In this document: positions 1-10,800 of the stretch, piece after piece
How the letters are laid out: every line of letters begins with the position of its first letter
Numbering within the stretch: position 1 is the stretch's first letter
Assembly (NCBI GenBank): GCA_963662655.2
Contig: CAXXTU010000002.1
Span: 2,848,001 to 2,912,000 of the forward strand
Direction of reading: 5' to 3'
Source of the DNA: Candidatus Cloacimonadales bacterium
GTDB taxonomy: Bacteria > Cloacimonadota > Cloacimonadia > Cloacimonadales > JAIOQZ01
DNA: 64,000 nucleotides
Translations under genes and position numbers: made by a program
Notes under the pieces: model-generated
Databases searched by the model: none
The model's input: the letters and a program-made list of their open reading frames with translations, nothing else
Told to the model about the DNA's origin: nothing

Positions 1-360
1 AATGTCAATATCAACGAAGGGTATCCCTATCTGACCTGGCAGAACTACCTGACGGCGCCAGAAGATGAGGTCGCTCCACCCGTTCAGGAGATTCTCCTTT
101 CCAACTATCCCAACCCGTTCAATCCAACTACGACGATCTCGTTCTCGATCCCGAAGGACGACAAGGTTGAGTTGAAAGTGTATAACATCAGAGGACAGCT
201 CGTAAAGACGTTGGTAAACGACAACCTTGAAGCAGGGAAACATGAGGTTATCTGGAACGGTAAGGATACGCAAAATCGAAGCGTGGGTTCCGGTGTGTAT
301 CTCTATCGACTGGAAGCCGGTGGTAAATCAATAGTACGGAAAATGCTTATGTTAAAATAA
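1..360 (+). CDS. 3' end of secreted protein with FlgD-Ig/T9SS-type C-terminal domain (partial; probably a GLUG-family paralog of the next gene)
   Basis: Frame is open from base 1: NVNINEGYPYLTWQ...NYPNPFNPTTTISFSIP...GVYLYRL...KMLMLK*. The YPYLxW motif is also in the next gene. Confidence 0.85.
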   Translation, partial: NVNINEGYPYLTWQNYLTAPEDEVAPPVQEILLSNYPNPFNPTTTISFSIPKDDKVELKVYNIRGQLVKTLVNDNLEAGKHEVIWNGKDTQNRSVGSGVYLYRLEAGGKSIVRKMLMLK

Positions 361-401
361 ATAATCGAGTAAAATCTGAAAATCAACCCGAGGAGGTATT
401 C

Positions 402-2303
402 ATGCGAGTCTTGATAATCACATTTATTATCATTCTGATTATGACAAACACCCTTTTTGCGGACGGTATTCAGCCGGAAGGATCCGGAACGCAGGTCGAT
501 CCCTATCAATTCGCAACGTTGGACAACCTGTTATGGCTGAGCACTTACAATGATTCCGACTCGATGTATTGCATTCAGATAGCCGACATCAATGCGGCGG
601 AAACCCGAACCTGGAATGACGGCTTGGGATTTCTACCCATAGGATGCTACATAACGAATACCTTCACTGGGCACTACGATGGGCAGGATCACATCATCGA
701 CAGCCTCTATATCAATCGCCCGGAGCAGTACTGGATTGGCCTGTTCGGCCAGATACAGGATGGATCGGTAAGAAATGTGTATCTAATTAACTGTGAATGT
801 ACCGGATCGGGTACGGTAGGGGGAGTTGCAGGTTCTGTATGGTCGAGCGTTGTTGACAACTGCCATTTCTCGGGCTCTGTCACCGGTTACAGCGACACGG
901 GCGGATTACTGGGTGAAGTTCATTATACGACGGTAACCGGATGTTCCTTCGAGGGCTTCGTCACTGGCCTGGAGATGGAAGGAGAAGACACGGTCAGGAC
1001 GGGAGGATTGATCGCCAGCACGCAGCACACAAGCGTTTCGGATTGTCATGCGAATTGCGAGGTTCGCGGCGAGATTATGGTTGGTGGGCTCATCGCGCAG
1101 GTCATCAGCAGCAGTACATTTACCGATTGCTCTGTCACCGGCTCGGTAACCGGTGTGGAGTACGTCGGTGGCGCTTGCGGTTTTTGTTATCACGATTGGA
1201 GCAATATCCATGTCAATGCCGATGTGCAGGGAGAGACCTGGGTCGGTGGGTTTGCCGGGCTGGCTTTTGGAGTAGAGTTTGAGAACTGCGCGGCTCAGGG
1301 AGATGTAACGGGTGAAATCCGCGTTGGCGGTCTTGTTGGATACCTCTGTAACTGGAGCGAAATCAGGCGATGCAGCTACAGCGGGGAAATCAAGAGCGTT
1401 GATTACACGGGTGGAATCGTGGGGGAATGTCTCGAGAGCAGCATTATGGATACATCCGCCGACGTGGAGATATACAGCGAGCAGAACCTCACGGGTGGAA
1501 TCGTAGGATACGGCACTTATTCCACCATGATTCTGGGCTGCTTCACGCGCGGCAGTATTCTCAGCGACGGCAACTCCGTGGGAGGGATTATTGGCTGGAG
1601 CTACCGGTATTGCTCTGTGGAGAATTGTTACAACTTCGCCAGTGTTACCGGAAACGAGCGTGTCGGAGGAATCGCCGGGCGCAACCTGCATGAGTCGTAT
1701 GTGAAGAATTGCTACAGCATTGGCGAGGTAGCCGGTAACGACGAAGTCGGCGGCTTGATTGGCGTGTGTGCCGATGATCTGGTGGAAAACTCGTTCTGGA
1801 ACACCGAGACCTCCGGGCAATCGGAAAGCGATGGCGGAACGGGCCTGACAACCTCGGAGATGCAATCGAGCGCTGTGTACACCGATGCAGGCTGGGACTT
1901 CGTGGGCGAGACGGAGAATGGTGAGGAAGACATCTGGCAGTGGGACGGCGTAAACAACGACGCCTATCCCTATCTCGCATGGGAAGGATACGCCGACACA
2001 TCTGATGATGAGGTGATCCCCGAGATAGCCTCTCTCGCACTCTCAAATCACCCCAATCCCTTCAATCCCACCACGACGATCTCTTTCTCGATCCCGACGG
2101 ACGACAAAGTCGTCTTGAAGGTCTATAACATCAAAGGGCAGCTCGTGAAAACACTTGTAAATGATCACCTCGAAGCCGGAACGCATAAGGCTGTCTGGAA
2201 TGGCGATAACCAATCCGGCAAGAACGTGTCGTCGGGCATCTACCTGTACCGGCTGGAGTCCTGCGGAAAATCCAAAGCGCAGAAAATGCTGTTGCTGAAA
2301 TAG
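402..2303 (+). CDS. Secreted GLUG-motif beta-helix protein with T9SS-type CTD
   Basis: RBS GAGGAGG and signal peptide. GSGTQVDPY, repeated VGGLxG/TGGIVG motifs, NSFWNTETSGQ, C-terminal NHPNPFNP...KMLLLK. Confidence 0.88.
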   Translation: MRVLIITFIIILIMTNTLFADGIQPEGSGTQVDPYQFATLDNLLWLSTYNDSDSMYCIQIADINAAETRTWNDGLGFLPIGCYITNTFTGHYDGQDHIIDSLYINRPEQYWIGLFGQIQDGSVRNVYLINCECTGSGTVGGVAGSVWSSVVDNCHFSGSVTGYSDTGGLLGEVHYTTVTGCSFEGFVTGLEMEGEDTVRTGGLIASTQHTSVSDCHANCEVRGEIMVGGLIAQVISSSTFTDCSVTGSVTGVEYVGGACGFCYHDWSNIHVNADVQGETWVGGFAGLAFGVEFENCAAQGDVTGEIRVGGLVGYLCNWSEIRRCSYSGEIKSVDYTGGIVGECLESSIMDTSADVEIYSEQNLTGGIVGYGTYSTMILGCFTRGSILSDGNSVGGIIGWSYRYCSVENCYNFASVTGNERVGGIAGRNLHESYVKNCYSIGEVAGNDEVGGLIGVCADDLVENSFWNTETSGQSESDGGTGLTTSEMQSSAVYTDAGWDFVGETENGEEDIWQWDGVNNDAYPYLAWEGYADTSDDEVIPEIASLALSNHPNPFNPTTTISFSIPTDDKVVLKVYNIKGQLVKTLVNDHLEAGTHKAVWNGDNQSGKNVSSGIYLYRLESCGKSKAQKMLLLK

Positions 2304-2306
2304 AGA

Positions 2307-2440
2307 AACTCACCCTAAATCCCTCTCTTCGAATGAAGAGAGGGACTTGGCAATGGTAAGATGTTTGACGATAAACTGTTAACGACGTGAAAACCTTCCT
2401 TAAGCCCCCTCTTGATTCCAAGAGGGGGTTTGGGGGAGTT
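2307..2440. repeat. Inverted doublet of REP-like palindromes
   Basis: 2307-2348 AACTCACCCTAAATCCCTCTCTT-cgaatg-AAGAGAGGGACTT. 2402-2440 reverse-complements to AACTCCCCCAAACCCCCTCTT-ggaatc-AAGAGGGGGCTT. Confidence 0.7.
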
Positions 2441-2451
2441 TGGAGGCCCCA

Positions 2452-4550
2452 ATGAAACGCACACTGCTACTCTTCCTGCTCTCAATCACACTCCTGCACG
2501 CGCTTCACATCTACGAGGATACCGTTTGGGATCGCAGAAGCAATCCGTATATCTTCGAAGAAAACGTCTATATCCATTCAAACGCAACCCTTACAATTCT
2601 TCCTGGATGCGATATTCAAATGAGGGCCAGGCCGGCACAAAACTATCAAGAATTCAGGGTTGATAGCAGCGGAGAGGCGGAAGTGAAGATATTCTATATC
2701 ACCGGTAAGATCGTAGCGATCGGTACCGAAGAAGAACCGATAACGTTCACACGATACCCCGATACAGAAGGTTATGCATGGGGCGGTATTTATGTCGACG
2801 ACATCGCAGATACTCCCGTGTTTCAATATTGTGAAATCTTCAGTGCATACATGAACAGGTTTTATGACGGTACGAAAACGATGGGGGGCATTTGCGTACG
2901 CGGATGTGATTTCAGGATCAAATACTGTACGTTCACAAACTGTTATGTTGGCGTCACGTATCAGAACTTGCCCAATGATGCAATGATCTATGGCAACACA
3001 TTTACTGCGAATGAAGAGGCACAATTTTCAACGTCATCAACCTATTATGCGATTATGGGCACCAGTTACCCAGGATATGATTTATATCCTCAAATTATTT
3101 CCGCAAGAAACCGTTTCATTAACATTGATATAACATATACCAGTTCGTATAACGGAGGAGGAGGGGGGGGGGGGATATACTATGGGTCTATAACTATCAT
3201 TTTCATTCTTCGGAATCCGATGATAATTTAGAAGTTGAAGATAACAACGAGAGAAATCTGTCGATGATGTGTGTATATGGCGAGACAGGCATAAATGCTG
3301 GTATAAATGGAGGTGGAGGAGAAATCGATAACATGAGCTATTTCCGGAAAAACTACGTATTAAGGCAACGAGATGGAAACGCTGGTGGCATATCAAGCAA
3401 TGATTATCATGTCATTTCTGACAATATCTTTGTCGGAAACTTAGCTATTGGTGATCGCAATGCCGATTCGACGATCGTGTGCAACAATGTGGTGTACACA
3501 TCGTCCAGCGACACATTTTATCAACCAGAAAATCCCAATGTTATATACAATAATCTGTTCACCGGCTATTCGTTTTTGTATCCAACTTTTGCCGACTGCA
3601 CTATGTTTAATAACACATATAACACCAATTATACATCCTGTTTCGGAACCGAGTCCTACGATTACTTAGTGTACAATAATATTCTATGCGCCACAGCAGA
3701 AACAATGGCGTGGGGCGGTCCAGAGACGATCCTGAGCTATAATTTCATGAACCATCCATTCCCTGATTTCGTCACCGACGGCGGCGGCAACATCATCGGG
3801 GATGATCCGATGTTCGCGGATACGCTGAACGGCGACTACAGCCTGGCGGAGGGCAGTCCGTGCATCGATGCCGGTATGCCGGACGGGAATTATCCCCCCA
3901 CGGACATCCTGGGCAACGTACGCGTGTGGGACGGCGACGGCGACGGAACAGCCACTATCGATATCGGTGCATTCGAGTACGGAGCGCCCTTCTGGGGCGG
4001 CATCGAGGGCTATGTGTACGAAGAGGACGGCGTAACACCGCTGGATATAGCGAAGATATCCGTCGATGGCGTGCAGTTCCCCGAGTGGAGCGACAGCACC
4101 GGCTGGTTCCGCATCCTGACTGGTCCAGGAACCTTCACCCTCAACATTGAGCGTATGTACTACGAAGACCAGCAGGTCAGTGGCATCGTGGTCGAACAAG
4201 GTTCACCGACCTACCGCGACATCGCCATGCAAAGCCTTGACGCGCACGACTACGACAACCTCATCCAGCAATACACCATCACCATGGCGCAGAATTTCCC
4301 CAACCCCTTCAATCCTACCACGACGATCTCGTTCTCGATCCCGAAGGACGACAAGGTTGAGTTGAAAGTGTATAACATCAGGGGACAGCTTGTAAAGACG
4401 TTGGTAAACGATCACCTCGAAGCCGGATCGCACAAGGCTGTCTGGAATGGAGACAACCAGCAGGGAAGCCCGGTCGGGAGCGGGATCTATTTCTATCGTC
4501 TCGTTACGCCCGAGAAAAGCATCGTGAGGAAAATGGCGCTTGTGAAGTAA
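2452..4550 (+). pseudogene. Secreted beta-helix/choice-of-anchor-like protein with T9SS-type CTD, frameshifted at a G12 tract (ORFs 2452-3231 and 3264-4550)
   Basis: ORF1 has the signal peptide and AIGTEEEPITFT...WGGI. ORF2 has DPMFAD...DYSLAEGSPCIDAG...DIGAFEY and the CTD. The ORF2 frame is open back to the G run at 3163-3174. Confidence 0.8.
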
Positions 4551-4557
4551 CGACGCA

Positions 4558-4689
4558 CGGCGTGGCATCTTCGCCCGTTCCGCTCCTCAAAGGGGATATA
4601 CCACAGCCTTGGTATTCGAGGGGAGCTAATGCAACAAGGCTGTGAAACACCCCATTGAGGAGCGGATCGAACGAACCTGCTCACGCCTC
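4558..4689. repeat. ~130-nt rod hairpin element, copy A
   Basis: GGCGTG...CACGCC ends with nested stems; homologous to 13903-14033 with compensatory changes. Confidence 0.8.
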
Positions 4690-4817
4690 ATTCTCATGGG
4701 ATTTGATCGTTAAATTGCGCAAAAGCGTCGTCTCGACGTTTGCGGGAGCGATTCCAGCCGAAAATAAATTGACACATCAACTTGACCATCGATAAATGTC
4801 AGCGGAGTAATTTGTAT

Positions 4818-5378
4818 ATGAACGTAATCACGCAAAAAACAGGCTGGATCGAGATCATTTGCGGCGGAATGTTCAGCGGGAAATCGGAAGAGCTGATCCG
4901 CCGGGCCCGTCGAACCCAGTACGCACAACAGAAGATACAGGTATTCAAGCCCTCGATAGACAATCGATATTCGGACGAGTATGTCGTTTCCCACAGCCAG
5001 ATGAAGCTGCCCTCGATTCTGGTGGCCGATACGAAGGAGATTCGTGCGAAGATCGAAGAGGACACGCAGGTGATTGCCATCGACGAAGTCCAGTTCTTCG
5101 ACGAGGATGTCATCGAGCTGGTGGGTGAGCTTGCCGATGGGGGAAAGAGGGTCATACTCGCGGGTCTGGACATGGACTACATGGGCAAGCCGTTTGGCCC
5201 GATGCCGCACCTGCTCGCCATCGCGGATTATATCACCAAGCTTCAGGCAATATGCGTCAAGTGCGGAAACCCCGCCGGAAGGACGCAGCGCCTGAGTCAC
5301 GACAAAGAACAAATTGTGGTGGGAGCCGACAACATCTATGAAGCTCGCTGCCGCAACTGCCATGAGATTATAGACTGA
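4818..5378 (+). CDS. tdk: Thymidine kinase
   Basis: [29 protein letters not shown], zinc-binding CVKC and CRNCH. Confidence 0.95.
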   Translation: MNVITQKTGWIEIICGGMFSGKSEELIRRARRTQYAQQKIQVFKPSIDNRYSDEYVVSHSQMKLPSILVADTKEIRAKIEEDTQVIAIDEVQFFDEDVIELVGELADGGKRVILAGLDMDYMGKPFGPMPHLLAIADYITKLQAICVKCGNPAGRTQRLSHDKEQIVVGADNIYEARCRNCHEIID

Positions 5379-5638
5379 TGTTGTTTTTTATTGATCGTTT
5401 GCTTTGGCTGTATGAGATGGTGATCATTATCCGGGCGCTGATCTCGTGGTTCTCACCACATCCGGCCAATCGTTTGTACAGGTTTCTGATCGATATAACG
5501 GATCCGGTGATGCGGCCCGTTCGCGATACATTGTTACGTCTGATGCCGAACATGGGAATCGATTTTTCACCGCTGGTGGTCATTCTGATCATCGAGTTCG
5601 TGAGAAAACTCTTGTTTGGCGGGATAGGTCTTTTTTAA
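5378..5638 (+). CDS. yggT: YggT family membrane protein
   Basis: IIRALISWF, ITDPVMRPVR, GIDFSPLV. Confidence 0.9.
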   Translation: MLFFIDRLLWLYEMVIIIRALISWFSPHPANRLYRFLIDITDPVMRPVRDTLLRLMPNMGIDFSPLVVILIIEFVRKLLFGGIGLF

Positions 5639-5659
5639 AACAAAGCCTTGGGAGGTAGT

Positions 5660-6304
5660 ATGGAAAAACTGGAATTGACTCCTGTCGACATTCGTCACAA
5701 GGAGTTCCCTACCGGTCTTGCCGGGTATAAAAAGGAAGAAGTACGGGAATTTTTAGAAATCGTATCCACCCAGATGGAAGACCTGATATCGCAGGCAGCC
5801 AGAGTGGAAAAGAAAGTTCCAGATTTTCGAGAAGAACCGCGTCCAGCTACAATCCAGCCTCCTGCGCCGAAACCGCAGCCGATTATTGAAGAAAAGCCCA
5901 AAGCCACCGAAGACCTGATCAGTCGTACGCTCATCATCGCCGAGCAGACCAAGACGGAGATTATCGCTACCGCCAAGAAGGACGCCGAGCGCATCCTGCG
6001 TAACGCCGAACTCGAAGCGAAAAAGACCATCGAAGAAGCCCATCGCTACCTGGAAGTCCTCGACCGCAAGTACAAGGAAATCAAGCTGGAGAAGAAAGAA
6101 TTCCTCTCGCAATACAAGGCGGAGCTTGAAGACATCCTGGATAAGATCACCAAGAGCACGGTTCTGAACAAAGAGATGGAAGACGAAATGGATCAGCATT
6201 TCGAACGGGCTAAAAAAGTACGCTACAATCCCGGAGATGAAATCAAGAATGAAAAAGCAATTGAACGAAACAATACAATACCTGAAAACGAGAGTCCGAA
6301 GTAA
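5660..6304 (+). CDS. divIVA: DivIVA domain protein
   Basis: LTPVDIRHKEF...GYKKEEVREFL followed by coiled coil; follows yggT. Confidence 0.85.
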   Translation: MEKLELTPVDIRHKEFPTGLAGYKKEEVREFLEIVSTQMEDLISQAARVEKKVPDFREEPRPATIQPPAPKPQPIIEEKPKATEDLISRTLIIAEQTKTEIIATAKKDAERILRNAELEAKKTIEEAHRYLEVLDRKYKEIKLEKKEFLSQYKAELEDILDKITKSTVLNKEMEDEMDQHFERAKKVRYNPGDEIKNEKAIERNNTIPENESPK

Positions 6305-7076
6305 GCCGGTTCTGGCGGTAATTCTCGGAACGGGCTTGAACGATCTCGCCGATTCCGGCATTCAGATCGCCGAGTTCCCGTATGGAAACATACCGGGATT
6401 CGCACGGTCAACCGCCCCGTCCCACAAAGGCAGGATGGTCTTCGCCAGCATTGAAGGCAACGACGTCCTGTTCCTGCAAGGCCGCCTCCACTTTTACGAA
6501 GGCTACCCGATGACGCAAATCACCTATCCGATCCGCGTTCTCAAAGAGATGGGCATCGAGAATCTGGTGATCACCAACGCATCGGGAAGCCTCAACGAAG
6601 CGATGGGCCCCGGCTCGATCGTCATCCTGAACGACCATATCAATCTGATGGGGACCAATCCGTTGATCGGTTCGCCCGAGCAGATCCCCGGCGAGCGTTT
6701 TCCAAGCCTGCACGAACCCTACAGTCGTGAGCTGATTGCTTGCGCGAAACGAGTGGCCGAAAAGAACGACATCAAGATTCACGAGGGTGTCTACGCCGCC
6801 GTGAGCGGCCCCAGCCTCGAGACGAGAGCCGAATGCGTGATGCTTTCACGCCTGGGCGCCGACCTGGTGGGAATGTCCACCGTGCCGGAAGTGATCGTGG
6901 GCGTTCAATGCGGAATCAGGATTTTAGGTGTATCGATTGTAACCAATTACAGCAATATGTTCCATTCACAATCACACTCGCAGGAAGAAATTCGTAAACA
7001 CGCGGCCCTTGCTGCTGATAATCTGAAAACGTTGATAAAGGGGATCATTCCCGAATTGAATAGAAGAGGGTCGTAG
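6249..7076 (+). CDS. punA: Purine-nucleoside phosphorylase (trimeric PunA/XapA type)
   Basis: VILGTGL, QGRLHFYEG, TNASGSL, GPSLET, VGMSTVPE. Confidence 0.92.
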   Translation: MKKQLNETIQYLKTRVRSKPVLAVILGTGLNDLADSGIQIAEFPYGNIPGFARSTAPSHKGRMVFASIEGNDVLFLQGRLHFYEGYPMTQITYPIRVLKEMGIENLVITNASGSLNEAMGPGSIVILNDHINLMGTNPLIGSPEQIPGERFPSLHEPYSRELIACAKRVAEKNDIKIHEGVYAAVSGPSLETRAECVMLSRLGADLVGMSTVPEVIVGVQCGIRILGVSIVTNYSNMFHSQSHSQEEIRKHAALAADNLKTLIKGIIPELNRRGS

Positions 7077-7472
7077 ATGGCATCGAAAAGCTTGAGTAAT
7101 GAACTGCTGAAACAATATGAAAAGGAATTGCTTCTTGAAAAAGAAGAGACGATTCGCATCATTAACGAGATAAATGATAAACAGAAAAAGGGGATGAAAA
7201 ACGGTTCGGGCGATTCCTCGTCCTTCGCGTATCATCAGGCGGACCAGGGAACAGACACCGGCCAGTACGAAAAAGAAACGTACCTGCTGGAACAGGAACA
7301 CGAGAAGCTGAAAAAGATCAACCAGGCGCTCAAGCGAATCTACGAACGCACCTACGGCATATGCGAGATTTGCGGCTGCGAGATTCCTGCGGCAAGAATG
7401 AAAATCATTCCCTGGGCCAAGACCTGCATCGAGTGTAAATCGAAAGAAGAGAAGAGAAAAAACGGTAGATGA
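7077..7472 (+). CDS. TraR/DksA family C4 zinc-finger protein
   Basis: HQADQGTD, ALKRI...YGICEICG...RMKIIPWAKTCIEC. Confidence 0.9.
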   Translation: MASKSLSNELLKQYEKELLLEKEETIRIINEINDKQKKGMKNGSGDSSSFAYHQADQGTDTGQYEKETYLLEQEHEKLKKINQALKRIYERTYGICEICGCEIPAARMKIIPWAKTCIECKSKEEKRKNGR

Positions 7473-7966
7473 AAACTCGATACTTTTTTCTGATCACCGC
7501 GGTGGTCATCTTCTGGGATCAACTTAGCAAGATCATTGTGCGCTCAACGATGGAGGTCGGCGAGATTGTGCCGGTTCTCGGCAACTACTTCAGAATCTGG
7601 CACGTCACCAACACCGGGGCTGCATTCAGCATGTCCACAGGCTCGGTATCGCTCGATCGCTGGATACTCACCGCGGTCGGAGTTATCGCGTCGGGCCTGA
7701 TCGTGTATCTCCTGATCAAGCAGGAAGACGCGGTACCCAAGACGTGTCTCGCACTGATCCTCGGCGGCGCTCTCGGGAATTTGATCGACCGCGTAATTTA
7801 CGGCAGGGTCACGGATTTTCTGGACAGCGATTTTCCCGATTTCATAATGGAGCGGTGGCCCGTGTTCAATGTCGCCGATAGCTCGATCGTTATTGCGATA
7901 ACAATATATGTGATATATATACTGTTTTTAGAAAAAAGGATTGTTACCCGTTCAGGGGAGGAGTAA
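7469..7966 (+). CDS. lspA: Lipoprotein signal peptidase II
   Basis: DQLSK, NTGAAFS, GGALGNLIDR, VTDFLD, WPVFNVADS. Confidence 0.95.
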   Translation: MKTRYFFLITAVVIFWDQLSKIIVRSTMEVGEIVPVLGNYFRIWHVTNTGAAFSMSTGSVSLDRWILTAVGVIASGLIVYLLIKQEDAVPKTCLALILGGALGNLIDRVIYGRVTDFLDSDFPDFIMERWPVFNVADSSIVIAITIYVIYILFLEKRIVTRSGEE

Positions 7967-9903
7967 TGAAGAAAATCTTTCTATTCATCGCGATTGCCTT
8001 GCCTTTGATGATGCTCGCGCAGGACATCACGCCAATCGCCCAGATTCAGGAAAACATTAACCAATACAATGGCCATGAAGTCACCATAGAAGGTGTTGTA
8101 ACCATCGGTGCGGGACTTCTGTACGATACCCGCTTGCAGTGTTACCTTCAGGACGAGTCCGGTAAAGGTATCCAGGCTTTCGATTACGATATCACCAATG
8201 CCTACGAGCAGGCCTTCGTGCGCGGTAATCGCCTGCAAATCACCGGTACCATCGAAGAGTACAACGGCGTTACCGAAATCACCGACTTCGATTTCGAAAT
8301 CATGTCCACCGGAAACCTCATTCCCATGACAGACCTCACGGTCTCCGAGATGGGTAATTATCAAACCTGGGAAGGTTCCATGACATGGTTCTCCGGCGTT
8401 GTGACCGATTCGTACAGCGCGGGTGGCGGCTTGAACGTGACGCTCGAGAACACCTCCGGGGAAGAAATGCTCTATCGCCTCTGGGATTCATGTGACGTGG
8501 ATCCGGATATCGCGGTTGGCGATCAGCTTGTCGCAAAAGGTGTGATCAGCTCCTACAACGGATCGCCACAGCTTCTTCCGGCCTACCTGGAAGATTTCAC
8601 GCCGTTCTCATCTGTCATTCAGCCCAATCTTATCTTCTCGGAAGACGACATCACTGTGAAGGTTCGTGTGGAGTGGCCGGAAAACATCGCAACCATGGAG
8701 TTGCAATACGCTCTCCAGAGCGACATGGTATACCACACGCTGATTCTCGCGCCGATCGATGGCGTCGACCGGGGATACCAGGGAACGGTGCCTCCACTGA
8801 ATACGCTTACAGACGCATCCGACAATTATGTTTTCCGTTACGTTGGCAAGGACAGCGCTGGCTCGACACTCGTTACCGGCGATCCGATAGCGGTCGTAGT
8901 CTATACGGGCGTGCCGTTCATCGAAGGTGTGGAATTTTACTCGCAGTTTACCGAGACCTACAATTTCATCCAGTATCCCTTCAACGATGAAAGAATAACC
9001 ATCGTTGCGGAAGTGGTGGACGATCTGGGCGAAATCTCCGAAGTGGCCGTTCATTACGGTCTGAAGAGCCAGGCTTCCATGGATTCCGTGCTTATCCTCG
9101 AACCGGATGACGGCAACCTCTTCGAGGGCGATCTTCCCGCTATGACGGACATCACGGAGCTGGACGACGACTTCGTTTTCCAGGTCTGGGTTACGGACGA
9201 CGCGGATAACGTGATTCACTCGGAAGAGATCGAGATCGTGGTTGCTCCGCGAGCGCCAGTCGTATACGATATGGAATTCCTCAACGTCCCCCAGCCGGGT
9301 GAAGACCTGGAATTCGGCGTGAACATCTGGGATACGGACGGCGATCTTACCGAGCAGTTCATCCAGTATCAGCTCGATTACTCCTCGGACGGACATACCG
9401 CTCCGCTGGTTCGCGATACCACTTATTCCGATACCACGCGCTACATCGGCGTGATCCCGGGAAAATCCTCGGGAACGACCGTTTTTGCTCATGTTGTCGC
9501 TTACGATAACGACGGCTACTCGACATACAACATTCCCGGCTACGAAGAGATGGAAGTGGAGTACACCTATCCGGTGTTTTCGCACAAGGCGATCCTCAAG
9601 GTTCCGCCGCATCCGTTCAATCCTTACGCCGGTGAAACCCTTCCCATCGATTTCTATTCCAAACAGGGCGACAAGGTTCTGCTGAGAATCTACAGCTCCT
9701 CCGGAAAGCTGGTTCACACGGCCAAGAACTTCATCATCGACGACGAAAACGGCATCAACCGTTTCGAGTGGGACGGAAAGAACCGCTCCCGCAGTGTTCT
9801 TCCGTTGGGAATGTATATCTGTCACCTTGAAGTAACCGAAACCGACACCGGTAACAAGAAAACCGCGAAAGCGCCCATTGTAATCGGCGCACCGCTTAAA
9901 TAG
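7966..9903 (+). CDS. Secreted protein with N-terminal OB-fold-like repeats, Ig-like repeats and FlgD-Ig-like CTD
   Basis: Signal peptide; TPIAQIQ..VTIEGVVT..YLQDESGKGI; C-terminal PHPFNP...WDGKN...GMYICHLEV. Confidence 0.7.
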   Translation: MKKIFLFIAIALPLMMLAQDITPIAQIQENINQYNGHEVTIEGVVTIGAGLLYDTRLQCYLQDESGKGIQAFDYDITNAYEQAFVRGNRLQITGTIEEYNGVTEITDFDFEIMSTGNLIPMTDLTVSEMGNYQTWEGSMTWFSGVVTDSYSAGGGLNVTLENTSGEEMLYRLWDSCDVDPDIAVGDQLVAKGVISSYNGSPQLLPAYLEDFTPFSSVIQPNLIFSEDDITVKVRVEWPENIATMELQYALQSDMVYHTLILAPIDGVDRGYQGTVPPLNTLTDASDNYVFRYVGKDSAGSTLVTGDPIAVVVYTGVPFIEGVEFYSQFTETYNFIQYPFNDERITIVAEVVDDLGEISEVAVHYGLKSQASMDSVLILEPDDGNLFEGDLPAMTDITELDDDFVFQVWVTDDADNVIHSEEIEIVVAPRAPVVYDMEFLNVPQPGEDLEFGVNIWDTDGDLTEQFIQYQLDYSSDGHTAPLVRDTTYSDTTRYIGVIPGKSSGTTVFAHVVAYDNDGYSTYNIPGYEEMEVEYTYPVFSHKAILKVPPHPFNPYAGETLPIDFYSKQGDKVLLRIYSSSGKLVHTAKNFIIDDENGINRFEWDGKNRSRSVLPLGMYICHLEVTETDTGNKKTAKAPIVIGAPLK

Positions 9904-9912
9904 GGGTTCGAT

Positions 9913-10785
9913 ATGAAGATCAAAAACGTCATTGGAATCATCATTTTAGCCATATCGATCATGCCGGCTCTTCACGGTATTTTCGACGAGTACGAACCCT
10001 CGGCAAGAGCTCGCGCCATGGGTGGAACCTACACCGCGCTCTCGGACGATGCGGACGGTATTTTCTACAATCCGGCCGGTTTGATGCTGGGAAGCAACCA
10101 GGTAAAAGCTGGTTATACCAAGGTTTTCGGTAACGATTTCCAGGTTCTCACGGTTGTCGATGCGTCTTGGGATCTGCCCAAGAGCTATGGCCGTATCGCA
10201 TTTGGATACACCGGAATGGATGTGGATTATCAGGACGTCAACATGATGTCCGAAAAGACCTTCATGCTGGGCCACTCCTTTACGCTGATGAAGGACGTCC
10301 ACTCTCAATTGCATGTGGGTTATACCGCCAACGCATACCACATCTCCATGGACGGTTTCAGCAACCGGACCACCTATGGTATCAACCTGGGCGCCACCGC
10401 CGTACTGCACACCAGAACACGCCTGGCGTTCGCCATCACGAACATCAACAACCCGCGTGTTGGTAAGGACGACGATTACGAGCTTCCGCAGGAGATGACC
10501 ATCGGTATCGCGTATGTTCCCTATACCGGCGTTATCACGACGCTCGATGTGAAAAAGACATTCAACGCGCCTTCCGATACCGGCGAGAGCACCACGGAAA
10601 TCCATGCGGGTGTCGAGGCAACGTTGTTCGAGATTATTTCTCTCAGAATGGGTGTGCAGGACGACCCGACCATGTACAGCGCAGGTGTGGGCATCAACGT
10701 TCACGGCGCAATGGTGGAATACGCATATCAGGTGCATAGCGTCCTCGACGACACACATCATTTCGGTATCGGCTTCAACTTCTAA
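9913..10785 (+). CDS. PorV/PorQ-family beta-barrel protein
   Basis: SARARAMGG.Y.ALSDDADGIFYNPAGL; ends THHFGIGFNF. Confidence 0.8.
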   Translation: MKIKNVIGIIILAISIMPALHGIFDEYEPSARARAMGGTYTALSDDADGIFYNPAGLMLGSNQVKAGYTKVFGNDFQVLTVVDASWDLPKSYGRIAFGYTGMDVDYQDVNMMSEKTFMLGHSFTLMKDVHSQLHVGYTANAYHISMDGFSNRTTYGINLGATAVLHTRTRLAFAITNINNPRVGKDDDYELPQEMTIGIAYVPYTGVITTLDVKKTFNAPSDTGESTTEIHAGVEATLFEIISLRMGVQDDPTMYSAGVGINVHGAMVEYAYQVHSVLDDTHHFGIGFNF

Positions 10786-10800
10786 AGGAGAGGGCAGCCT

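Noticed and set aside
130..4459. DGR template/variable repeat pair
   Set aside because: Mismatches are few, not adenine-specific and mostly at third codon positions; both copies are coding and there is no reverse transcriptase.
4544..4715. Integron attC site (TAAC...GTTAAAT around hairpin copy A)
   Set aside because: The left box does not fit RYYYAAC, copy B has no equivalent AAC/GTT boxes, and there is no integron integrase in the window.
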